From: Squalus acanthias
Taxonomy: Eukaryota
DNA: 64,000 nucleotides
Direction: 5' to 3'
Assembly: GCA_030390025.1 (NCBI GenBank)
Contig: CM059425.1
Location: 169,324,001-169,388,000, forward strand
Position 1 is the stretch's first letter. Each line of letters starts with the position of its first letter. Shown here piece by piece: positions 11,379-21,600 of this stretch. The notes below the pieces were generated by a model. It had not been told where the DNA came from. It saw nothing but the letters and a program-made list of their open reading frames with translations, and did no database searches. The translations under genes and the position numbers were made by a program.

Positions 11379-12445
11379 TCAAATTCTTACTACACGGGTT
11401 ATATATATCAAATACACTATCATTACAAGTTGGAGAATTACCAGAACATGTGAGATAATATAAACCTAAGAGTATGTTGATATATTAAGCCCAATATCCC
11501 ACCAGCGTGAATCGTCCCCTGTGCTGTCAATTTCAATACCTATTCTCGAGTTGTCTTGCTCCAAAACATAAAAATGCTTTAGGGAGGAGTTCAGTCGCAT
11601 CACAAGCTCACTGAAGCCCTTAGACAATGGGGGAATCTCGTACCCAATTGTGCCACATAATTGTGCCGCTCATACTTGAGTATCTCACTTACTGTCGGTT
11701 TCACATGAGCATAGGTTTTGTTATGGAGTAAAACATGTTGGTTGATGGGACAGGTCCTGTTAGACCCCTCCGGTAGTAACACAGGAGGCACCACAACCAC
11801 CTCGTACTGGATTCATACTGGCTTTTCCCATGCTCTGTTAGCTACAAAACACAATTATTGCAGTCACAGTTATAATTCAATCTTACAATCATTAGCAAGT
11901 CGATTTCAAGCGGCAATGATGCAGACAAAGAAAACAGACATTGTAAAGAAAGCCACAGTTTAACATCTAATCAACAAATCATGGACTTAAAAGATTCTCC
12001 AGATCTCTCTTTTACTCGTATCCATCTTGTGGATAATTCTTACTAAATTTATTTCTCCCTAACCTCAATTGACCCAATCCAAATTCCATGTAACTCTCCA
12101 CTTCAACTTCAATTTCATTCCCCCTAACAGGTACCAGTGTATTTAACTCTGTTCTGATTGTTTCATTAATTAGATAGTTTCTCGATGGAGTATGTGTCAA
12201 TGCTTTAAAAGTTGTCTCACTCTCCTGAGCCACATTAACCATTTCATGTCTTGCTGTTGTCAAGTAACTGAGCATGTCTGAGACCCGTTCTTCAGTGCAG
12301 ATTCACCACGCATTTCCGGATGGTAATTGCTTCATACGTAACAAATCACATTTGCACATTCATATCGGTATCTCAATATCATGCCACACGTGCCATCTGA
12401 TACAAGCCATTCTCGGGCTTTCAGGTATCAAAAGATTGCCTGGAG
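11379..12445 (-). pseudogene. Decayed env-like type I membrane glycoprotein
   Basis: Manual translation gives GYEIPPLSKGFSELVMRLNSSLKHFYVLEQDNSRIGIEIDSTGDDSRWWDIGLNISTYS*VYIISHVLVILQLVMIVYLIYITRVVRI* (heptad-like helix, WW, TM, basic stop-transfer); NxS/T sequons and Cys upstream; located at the env position. Confidence 0.65.
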
Positions 12446-13113
12446 GTCTTTGCTCATCTTCCTCTGCATGGTCCCGATGTCTCGGGTAGTGGCCAGGCTA
12501 TCAAATTCAGTTTTCTTAAAAAGTTCATTATAGGCAGGGACACAAATATCTCCAAGAGAAAGCTGTCAATTTACTATTCTCAACTGCACTTTCCTGACTT
12601 TCACTAGAATGAAAATTCCCATTTGGTGGTGTAATTTTCCTGTTTCTATCTGCATTGTAAGTGGGGCATCCCATTAATTACCATTCATATTTCATTCATG
12701 AGCCCTGGAGGAACTTTACTGTCCAATACAATATTAAAAATAGAAAACGTAAATCAAAGTTGTTTGGTGAACCAATTTAAATAAAACCAGCTGCCAGCGG
12801 AAAGGGTTAACTCCTTTGCAGGATTATAAGAAGGCGGAGCAAATATTGTCAGATGCACGCAATTGCGTCACTTTACGTAAAAACATTTTTTATAAAACTT
12901 TCCCGATCAAAACTTTTTTTCCCAAGTCTATGTATCTTCAAAACTTCCTTAGGAACTAAAAATCCATTAAAACAGCAGAAATCATTAGTAGCGCTGTCAT
13001 TATTAACTTCAAATAAAAATTCTTATCAGGGAAGACAGCATTTTAGATTACAAAATCCCAGTAAATTACATCATATTTCTCTTTATTCTTTCTTCAGATG
13101 CCTTTTCAAATGA

Positions 13114-14191
13114 CTAAAAATACGTATTGGCATGGGTCTGCTCCCAAGCAGTCCCGGAATGGTTGCGCAGTTGTTCCCAGGGTGTGTCTTTGGAGACGTA
13201 AATGCCCAGCGCACTACGGACTAATGGTTGGAGGCCATTCAAAAAGAGGGTTTTGAAGCTTGGGTAGTTAAAGTAATCCCCTCTGCCATCCCTAGTGCGC
13301 TGGAACATGTCATGGAGCTTATGCGCGAAGGCATTCGGGCTTTTGGTAGGGCCCTGCTTGGTACTAGCCAGGAGCTGGAGGAAGTCAATGCCCTCCTCCC
13401 CTAGTGTTTTACATAGATCCATCTCGATATCCTGTATCGTGCCCTCACCCAGAATTTCCTCATTCACCTCATTTTAATTTTGAGGAACATGCAGCTAGGA
13501 GGATCTGTTTAAGATCGACCCCTTCTAGTTCTGGATGAGTGGCCTTAAAAATCCTCCATCGCTGCCTGAGGTCAAGAGGGCTGGTGTTCATGTCCACCAT
13601 CCCTAGGTCATCCTTTAGTGCCCTGACCTCAACAGAGGTAAGGGGCCTATGCATGGTCATGGTGGTGGTTTCCAGCTCGTCACTAGTGCTCGAGGAGGGT
13701 TGGCTGCTACCCGGCTCTTGGTCAGTCTGGCGCTTAGGCTGGCGTGCAGCATTGGCTCGGGTAAACACACGCACTGGTATCGTCCCATTCGCCTGGCCAT
13801 CCTTGTACGGTGGAGGAGAAACAGAGGGGGTGGGGTCTTCAACTATGTTGTCCCAACAAGGGCCGGGATATCTCGGTTTGATTTTGGAGACAGCAGCAAC
13901 CACTGCTTGCTGTTGGCCGCTCTGTGCTTGAAGCTGTCAGATTTTTGCTAAACTCGGGGCGTGGTCTGCTTCGGGGGAGGCCCCCCTTGCATCTTCTAAC
14001 TCTTCACCTAGTCTGGTATTCTCTGCCTGTAACTCGATATTTCGATCTAATATTTGTTCCAGCTTTTTCTGTTTATAATGCACCTCGTCATGCCCTTTCT
14101 GTTCCCACCGCAACTGATTGTGCAGGACGGCAATGCTTTCCTGCCAACCTTCGCTTTCTTTCTGTAGCTTATCTGCCTGTTCTTTTAACCC
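13114..14191 (-). pseudogene. gag-like gene, 3' part (coiled coil, PPPY late domain, capsid-like domain)
   Basis: ORFs 13937-14227, 13469-13903 and 13114-13467 join via one TGA and one frameshift; SPPPY; KQGPTKSPNAFAHKL (major-homology-like); FLNGLQP. Confidence 0.75.
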
Positions 14192-14665
14192 TTTGGGGGA
14201 AAAATTCGGTTGATTAGTGCCTCCCATTAGCGTCCTGAGAGGGCGCTAACGGGGTGCAAAGCAACTAGCGCCCGGGCGCGGCGATGTTTACGCCGCTCGC
14301 GAAATTGACCAGACATTTTGCAGCGCCGATAATCACTACTGCCATGATCTCCTGCGCCAGCAGATCGTGACATCAGTTGAGCATGCAACGCCCCAGTAGC
14401 GCCCTGGACCAGATATTGACTGGCGCCCCCTGCTTTTCCACCTGCAGCTAGCAACGACAGGTAGAGGGGAATGTTTGCAGTCGGGAAGGGACTGGGGAGC
14501 GCTATTTAAAGGCGGCTGCTTCCTGCCTTTTTTTGTCGGCGACATTTTTGCACCACACATTCTGAGAGAGAGAGAGAGAGACTTCTGGAGAGATTCAACA
14601 CTGTGTGAAGGAGTTTTGGGTACTGAGCAGCACTTTGCAGGTTCATTTTGATTTGACCTTCCTTA

Positions 14666-17600
14666 GAAACATAGAAACATAGAACAGTACAGCACAGTAC
14701 AGGCCCTTCGGCCCTCGATGTTGTGCCGAGCATTTTCCGAGACCAAGATCAAGCTATCACACTCCCTATCACTCTGGTGTGCTCCATGTGCTTATCCAAT
14801 AACCGCTTGAAAGTTCCTAAAGTGTCCGACTCCACTATCACAGCAGGCAGTCCATTCCACACCCCAACCACTCTCTGAGTAAAGAATCTACCTCGGACAT
14901 CCCTTCTATATCTCCCCCCATGCACCTTATAGTTATGCCCCCTTGTAACAGCTGCCTCTACCCGAGGAAATAGTCTCTGAACATCCACTCTATCTATCCC
15001 CCTCATCATCTTATAAACCTCTATTAAGTCGCCTCTCATCCTCCTCTGCTCCAAAGAGAAAAGCCCCAACTCCCTCAATCTTTCCTCATAAGACCTCCCC
15101 CCTAAACCAGGCAGCATCCTGGTAAATCTCCTTTGCACTCTTTCCAATGCTTCCACGTCCTTCCTATAGTGAGGTGACCAGAACTGCACACAATATTCCA
15201 AATGTGGTCTCACCAAGGTCCTGTACAGTTGCAGCATAACCTCACGGTTCTTAAACTCAAACCCTCTGTTAATAAACGCCAACACACCATAGGCCTTCTT
15301 TACTGCTCTATCCACTTGAGTGGCAACCTTCAGAGATCTGTGGATATGAACCCCCAGATCCCTCTGCTCCTTCACGTTCCTCAGAACCCTGCCGTTGACC
15401 CTGTAATCCTTATTCAAATTTGCCCTACCAAAATGAATCACCTCGCACTTATCAGGGTTAAATTCCATCTGCCATTTTTCGGCCCAGCTCTGCATCCTAT
15501 CAATGTCTCTTTGCAGCCTACAACAGCCCTCCACCTCATCCACTGCTCCACCAATCTTGGTGTCATCAGCAAATTTACTGATCCACCCTTCAGTCCCCTC
15601 CTCCAAGTCATTGATAAAAATCACAAACAGCAGAGGACCCAGCACCGACCCCTGTGGCACACCGCTGGTAACTGGTCTCCAGTCCGAAAATGTTCCATCC
15701 ACCACCACCCTCTGCCTTCTATGAGATAGCCAGTTACTTATCCAATCGGCCAAATTTCCCTCTATCCCACAACTCCTTACTTTCTTCATGAGACGACCAT
15801 GGGGAACCTTATCAAACGCCTTACTAAAATCCATGTATACGACATCAACTGCTCTACCTTCATCTACACACTTAGTTACCTCCTCAAAGAATTCAATCAA
15901 ATTTGTTAGGCAAGACTTACCCTTCACGAATCCATGTTGACTATCCCTGATTAAGTTGCCCCTTTCCAAATGGTCATAAATCCTATCCCTCATGACCTTT
16001 TCCATTATCTTACCAACCACCGAAGTAAGACTAACCAGCCTATAATTACCAGGGTCATTCCTATTTCCTTTCTTGAAGAGAGGAACAACATTCGCCACTC
16101 TCCAGTCCTCTGGCACCATTCCCGTGGACAGTGAGGACCCAAAGATCAAAGCCAGAGGCTCTGCAATCTCCTCCCTTGCCTCCCAAAGAATCCTAGGATA
16201 TATCCCATCTGGCCCAGGGGACTTATCGACCCTCAGGTTCTTCAAAATTGCTAAAACATCTTCCCTCAGAACATCTACCACCTCCAGCCTATCCACCTTT
16301 ATCACACTCTCATCCTCAAGAACATGGCCCCTCTCCTCGGTGAACACTGACGAAAAGTATTCATTCATCACCTCTCCTATCTCTTCTGACTCCATGCACA
16401 AGTTCCCACTACTGTCCTTGACCGGCCCTACCCTCACCCTGGTCATTCTTTTATTTCTCACATAAGAGTAAAAGGCCTTGGGGTTTTTCTTGATCCGACC
16501 CGCCAAGGACTTCTCATGCCCCCTCCTAGCTCTCCTAAGCTCTTTTTTTAGCTCATTCCTTGCTACCTTGTACCCCTCAATCGACCCAACTGAACCTTGT
16601 TTTCTCATCCTTACATACGCTTCCTTTTTCCTCTTGACTAGACATTCAACCTCTTTTGTGAACCATGGTTCTCTCACTCGGCCATTTCCTCCCTGCCTGA
16701 CAGGGACATACCTATCAAGGACACGCAGTAATTGCTCCATGAAAAAGCTCCACTTTTCGTTTGTGCCTTTCCCTGATAGTTTCTGTTCCCATCTTATACT
16801 CCCTAATTCTTGCCTAATCGCATCATAATTACCCTTCCCCCAATTATAAACCCTGCCCTGCCGTATGGCCCTATCCCTCTCCATTGCAATAGTGAAAGTT
16901 ACCGAATTGTGGTCACTATCTCCTAAGTGCTCTCCCACATACAAATCAAACACTTGGCCCGGTTCATTACCCAGTACCAAATCCAACGTGGCCCCAGCTC
17001 TTGTCGGCCTATCCACATATTGTGTCAGGAAACCCTCCTGCACACACTGTGCAAAAACTATCCCATCCGAACTGTTTGACCTATAAAGGTTCCAATCAAT
17101 ATTTGGAAAGTTGAAGTCACCCATGACAACTACTCTGTGACCTCCACACCTATTCATAATCTGCTTTGCAATTTCTTCCTCCACATCTCTATTACTATTT
17201 GGGGGCCTGTAGAAAACTCCTAACAACGTGACCGCTCCTTTCCTATTTCTAACTTCAGCCCATATTACCTCAGACGGCAGATCCCCCTCGAACTGCCTTT
17301 CTGCCGCTGTTAAACTATCCTTGATTAACAATGCTACTCCTCCACCTTTCTTACCAGCTTCCCTACTCTTACTGAAACATCTATACCCCGGAACTTCCAA
17401 CAACCATTCCTGTCCCTGTTCTAACCATGTCTCCGTAATGGCCACCACATCGTAGTCCCAAGTACCAATCCACGCTCCAAGTTCTCCTACCTTATTCCGG
17501 ATGCTCCTTGCATTGAAGTAGACACACTTCAAGCCATCTTCCTGTCTGCCGGTACATTCCTGCGACCTTGATACCCTCCTCAGTACCTCCCTACACTCAC

Positions 17601-18078
17601 CACTGGCTCCTGGACTACAGCCCTTTTTCCCATCCCCCTGACAAATTAGTTTAAACCCCCCCGAAGAGCCGTAGCAAATTTCCCTCCCAGGATATTGGTG
17701 CCCCTCTGGTTCAGGTGCAAACCGTCCTGTCTGTACAGGTCCCACCTTCCCCAGAATGTGCTCCAATTATCCACATAACTGAAACCCTCCCCGCTACACC
17801 ATCCCTGCAGCCACGTGTTTATCTGCACTCTCTCCCTGTTCCTCAACTCGCTAGCACGTGCACCGGCAACAAACCAGAAATTACAACATGGTTTGTACTG
17901 GCTCTCAGCTTCCAACCTAGCTCCCTAAATTCCTGTTTTAAATCCCCGTCCCTTCTCCTACCTATGTCGTTGGTACCGATGTGTACCACGACTTGTGATT
18001 GTTCCCCCTCCCCTTTGAGGATTCTGAAAACACGGTCCGAGACGTCACGGACCCTGGCACCCGGGAGGCAACATACCA
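14666..18078 (-). mobile_element. CR1 LINE (HER1-like), 5'-truncated within ORF1
   Basis: (TTTCTATG)n tail, GGGCCGAAGGGCC 3' hairpin, probable TSD TCCTTA (14660-65, 18079-84). Confidence 0.93.
14749..17766 (-). CDS. CR1 ORF2 (AP endonuclease + RT), uninterrupted; true start uncertain
   Basis: [50 protein letters not shown]. Confidence 0.93.
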   Translation of the reverse strand: MEHILGKVGPVQTGRFAPEPEGHQYPGREICYGSSGGFKLICQGDGKKGCSPGASGECREVLRRVSRSQECTGRQEDGLKCVYFNARSIRNKVGELGAWIGTWDYDVVAITETWLEQGQEWLLEVPGYRCFSKSREAGKKGGGVALLIKDSLTAAERQFEGDLPSEVIWAEVRNRKGAVTLLGVFYRPPNSNRDVEEEIAKQIMNRCGGHRVVVMGDFNFPNIDWNLYRSNSSDGIVFAQCVQEGFLTQYVDRPTRAGATLDLVLGNEPGQVFDLYVGEHLGDSDHNSVTFTIAMERDRAIRQGRVYNWGKGNYDAIRQELGSIRWEQKLSGKGTNEKWSFFMEQLLRVLDRYVPVRQGGNGRVREPWFTKEVECLVKRKKEAYVRMRKQGSVGSIEGYKVARNELKKELRRARRGHEKSLAGRIKKNPKAFYSYVRNKRMTRVRVGPVKDSSGNLCMESEEIGEVMNEYFSSVFTEERGHVLEDESVIKVDRLEVVDVLREDVLAILKNLRVDKSPGPDGIYPRILWEAREEIAEPLALIFGSSLSTGMVPEDWRVANVVPLFKKGNRNDPGNYRLVSLTSVVGKIMEKVMRDRIYDHLERGNLIRDSQHGFVKGKSCLTNLIEFFEEVTKCVDEGRAVDVVYMDFSKAFDKVPHGRLMKKVRSCGIEGNLADWISNWLSHRRQRVVVDGTFSDWRPVTSGVPQGSVLGPLLFVIFINDLEEGTEGWISKFADDTKIGGAVDEVEGCCRLQRDIDRMQSWAEKWQMEFNPDKCEVIHFGRANLNKDYRVNGRVLRNVKEQRDLGVHIHRSLKVATQVDRAVKKAYGVLAFINRGFEFKNREVMLQLYRTLVRPHLEYCVQFWSPHYRKDVEALERVQRRFTRMLPGLGGRSYEERLRELGLFSLEQRRMRGDLIEVYKMMRGIDRVDVQRLFPRVEAAVTRGHNYKVHGGRYRRDVRGRFFTQRVVGVWNGLPAVIVESDTLGTFKRLLDKHMEHTRVIGSVIA

Positions 18079-18079
18079 T
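17646..18079 (-). pseudogene. CR1 ORF1 C-terminal SGNH/esterase domain, frameshifted
   Basis: CCLPGARV, VVHIGTND and DGLHLN motifs. Confidence 0.85.
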
Positions 18080-18492
18080 CCTTACATCGATTTAGAAGAG
18101 ACTGCACTCTGAGCTCTTTCCCTGGGCCTCTCCATTGTTCTTTCCAGCAGAATTGATGTACAGGGCTCTCCAGGCCGAGATTCAAGGCTGCAATGAGCAG
18201 GGTGTGGCTGGAGAGCAAGATCGACCCCTTTAAGAACTGGCCGGCGCCAGTGTGTCTGTGTTCCATTGCTGACTGACATCACATGAGCTTCGCCAGCGCT
18301 CTGAGTTAGCGCCTCGCTCCTTGGCGTTAGCGCCTTAAGAGAGGTGTGTAGCGCCTGATTTAGCGCTGAAATCACCTCCAGGGGCGATAGCGGGCAAGTT
18401 TGCAGTCGGAGGCGATAATTAGCGCCAGGCGCTAAACTTTGTGCCCGGCCGATAATTGCGCCCCAAATGGGACGATACTGAATTTCTCCCCC

Positions 18493-18726
18493 TTTGTTTT
18501 TTTTGTTCAACTGCAAGGTGCACAAGTGTGCTCAGTAGATGAACTTATCTCGGCCTTTTTTCAGAATAAGCTTGCGTTTCTGGACATCCTCAGAGAGTCT
18601 GTCAAGAATGCAATCGTAGTTCGCGTTACACTCCTCTAGAATTTTTAGGATGTTTGTCGCCCCAGACGTGCCGGTTTTCTCTGTCAAGTTATCTATCAAA
18701 TGTTCCCGGTGATATGCCACCGCCAT
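18493..18726 (-). pseudogene. gag-like gene, 5' part (MAVAYHREHLIDNL...LQLNKKNK)
   Basis: ATG ~145 nt after the PBS; one TGA at 18532; continues in frame into GLKEQADK at 14191 once the MITE and one TSD copy are removed. Confidence 0.7.
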
Positions 18727-18869
18727 TGTATCACTGGTTTCACTTATTTGACATGCTCCCTCTAACTCTCTTAGAGAGTTCCCTATCCAGTCTAAGCGTC
18801 GATCACGCGCGGTCGACCAAGTCTTCCCAGCTCTCACAACACCGAGGTCCATATGACTCCCACTTTGTG

Positions 18870-18887
18870 ATCCCACTTCTGACACCA
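18870..18887 (-). promoter_or_regulatory. Primer-binding site complementary to the tRNA-Leu(CAA) 3' end
   Basis: TGGTGTCAGAAGTGGGAT, 1 nt after the LTR end TCTTACA. Confidence 0.88.
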
Positions 18888-18888
18888 C

Positions 18889-21040
18889 TGTAAGATTTGG
18901 ATCACAGGTCACACACAGATTATCCAAAAGGTTTTAGGAGTCATAGGTCACTTTATTAAGGAGTGGCAGTTTAAGTTAAGTGCAACATGCAATCAAGATA
19001 GACATAGTAGACATACGACCGTGACAAGTGGCTGGTATCGGTCCCGATCGGAGAGATGCCTGGCGTGCGCGAACAGCTCTTCCCTTCCCTTCACCGTCTG
19101 TGCTAAAAGCCCTTTAGATATCTTTTACTCTCTTTTTAGGGGTGGGCCTAGGTTAGATTATCAAAGATACAGTCAACAACCTTTCTAGCATACAAACAGC
19201 AGACAGCTAGTCTGCAAACAAGGTCACCGCCACGGTGCAGAATGTTGTAACATCTCCAGGGAACCAAGAACATAAGCAAATTCTAAGGGCTCGATTTTAA
19301 CAGCCCTGAGGAGGCGGGTATGGAGGTGTGTCAGCTGGTAAAATCGGAAAAAATGGCTTCAGACACCCAACCCGTCTCCATCCCGCCCCCACGCGATATT
19401 CCTGAGTGTCTGTTCAGCTGCTCCCAAGTTGACCCGACTCCAACCGGTGGGACAGGTAGTTAAGAGCCTGTTAACTGCCTTGATAATCCTATTTTGATAG
19501 TGGTTTCCCATTTTCGTGCCTCTGGCTCCTGTTTCCCGTCTTGTCAGAAACAGTCCTGCTGCAAGGAGACGAGTTGGTGGAGGACATGATCTGTAGTCAT
19601 TATTGGTGCAGAACTTTAAAAGCGCCCCTGTAACATGGCTGGCATTCAAATGCAACAACTTTTGGTTTGGGATAAGATTTTGCAAATCTACTGACCTTGT
19701 GACTGATCAAGCTGACACACATCTGCTGTTTGAACTGATTGGGAATAATTTCAGGCCACTTTGAGTGTGCGCTTGCAAGCTTCTTGCCTCAACTGAAATC
19801 TACAACAACAGGATGGGAACCATTTACATCCTCTCATCCTGGTCGTCAGATTTGGAGGAAGAGCAGCACAGCTTAGTGCTGCCGGATGAACAAGTGGCTC
19901 AGCACACAGCCTCCTTGGAGGAAGATGAAGAGGAAGATGAAGAGGACGAGGAGGAGGACAGGGAGTGATGCCTTGCAGGGCCGGATGTGGCCAATCCAGC
20001 AGCAGGCAACCACATTGATGGCCGTCAGGCAAGGGATGCACTCATCCATGCCAGATTTGCGTAAGCTTACGCTTCAATCACAGGTGGCTGGCACATGGAG
20101 ATAAATATAAATCCGACATTCTCAAAACCCCAGGCATCATCTGTCTAATAAACGGTGGTTTGCGCTCAGTGTCACCACCAACATTCTACATGGAAATCGT
20201 CCTGAGCCCTCACTCTTGAACTTCCATTTCCCAGAACACAGAGGCCACACTTTAGATGATCTCAGCAGATCATTAAACCTTTTGCACACTGAACCCATGT
20301 GCGTCTGCACACAGACCTCGAGCTCACCTCCTCAGCAATTTGCAGCCAAGCTGCCTTGGTTTGCTGAGGAGGCCTCCTCCTTCCGTTTCCAGGGAAGAGG
20401 AGCTCCTGACGTCCTCTAACTCCCTCAACAAGAGCATGGAGAGAGCCCTCATTGAACCTGGATGCAGCCTTAGTTATTGGGGCTGCCGTTCCTGCAGCTC
20501 GCAGCACCTTTAAGAGAAAAAAGCATTAATATTGCTAAGCCAATGATTGGAACAAATCTGGCATCTTTTTCATTTCATAGTCAGATAATAAATTGATATA
20601 TAAAAAAATCATAAATATCTTTCTGGAATAATATAAACAGCAATTTCATTCATTAAATTTTGCTCAGAACAGACGCTGTCAACTCCCCTTTCTATATAAT
20701 ACAACACTAATCTATCCCATTGACATTTTTCGCAAAGGGGACATGGCCCCCTTAAACTTACATCCAAACAACGCGTCATCAGACGCGAGAAACTGACAGC
20801 CTCCAAGCAATTGCCTGGAGGGACCCGCACGTCGGCCGTAACAAGGCCAATCAAGGCAAAATAGTAACTGACGGGAGGCAGCAGCCGGGAACGGATTGGA
20901 AAGCCTCCGAGCAGCGGACCCGCACTCAACCCGCCTCCATTAGTAAAATCGTGGCCTAAGTGTCTATCCAGTTATTCTAACACCAGTCTGAAGAGACTTT
21001 TTTGTCTCAAGGTATTTCCTCCAATTCACGATTTCTTACA
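18889..21040 (-). repeat. 5' LTR (~480 bp net), split by a Harbinger insertion
   Basis: TGTAAGA/TCTTACA 7-bp inverted termini; AATAAA on the minus strand at ~18952-18957. Confidence 0.88.
19287..20956. mobile_element. Internally deleted PIF/Harbinger transposon
   Basis: TIRs GGGCTCGATTTTA / TAAAATCGTGGCC, TSD TAA; acidic transposase C-terminus (+) at 19850-20065; Myb/SANT exon (-) at 20262-20470 (AAWLQIAEEV..RTWVQC). Confidence 0.85.
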
Positions 21041-21600
21041 GCCCTTACACAAGTCTCTGTCTGAGAACTTCTTCCAAAACAAGCACCAGATCGGCAGTTT
21101 GTAGACAGCTTCCTCAGTTCAGCCAAAAACTGATTAAGAGAGTTATCGTTCTGTTTTCTCGAGTGGAATTTGGAATGTTCAGCAACAACCAGAGGTTTTT
21201 GACTGACATGTTCTTTCATCCATATTGTGGATTCATCAAATGTTTTTGACTTGATTTAATTGTGAATTCTATGTTTCTCATTACACTGTAGAGTAAACTT
21301 ACTCATCCCGTGTCCCCAACGGGGAGCCACAGTTAAAGGCATTTGGGTCAGAGAATCACACTATAGTATTGTAACCCTATCGCTCACCTTTAAGCATGGG
21401 TCCTCCCTCCCCCACCCCCTGGGATTGTGGGATTTGCAAATTTGCCTTGATCTGTTTGATTCCCATGAACAGACAGGAGCATTTTTTTTAGCAGCATCTG
21501 TGATTTCATTTGCCACAAAATATTATTCCTGTCTTTTGACGCACTCAGCCAAGCTACAACCTCCTGGATATTCCTCAGTCTTTCCATATGTTGCCCTTCT
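21041..21600 (-). pseudogene. Old Gypsy gag remnant
   Basis: YFVANEITD and KPLVVAEHSKFHSRKQNDNSLNQFLAELRKLSTNC match the Gypsy gag pattern. Confidence 0.65.

Larger units (their letters stand above)
14195..18492. mobile_element. Non-autonomous Harbinger-type MITE (~0.9 kb net) inserted in gag and carrying a CR1
   Basis: TIRs GGGGGAAAAATTC / GAATTTCTCCCCC, 3-bp TSD TTT (14192-94, 18493-95); same family as 63792-64000. Confidence 0.85.
10511..21040 (-). mobile_element. Endogenous retrovirus-like LTR element (LTR-PBS-gag-env-like-PPT-LTR, no pol) carrying nested insertions
   Basis: Paired LTRs, TGTAAGA..TCTTACA termini, tRNA-Leu PBS, polypurine tract, gag-like and membrane-glycoprotein-like frames. 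Confidence 0.85.

Noticed and set aside
15202..17455. Plus-strand ORFs opposite CR1 ORF2 (and similar antisense ORFs over RTE and Penelope)
   Set aside because: Shadow frames of the coding strand with no recognisable motifs
18870..18887. tRNA-Leu gene
   Set aside because: Only the 3' 18 nt including CCA are present, adjacent to an LTR, so this is a PBS
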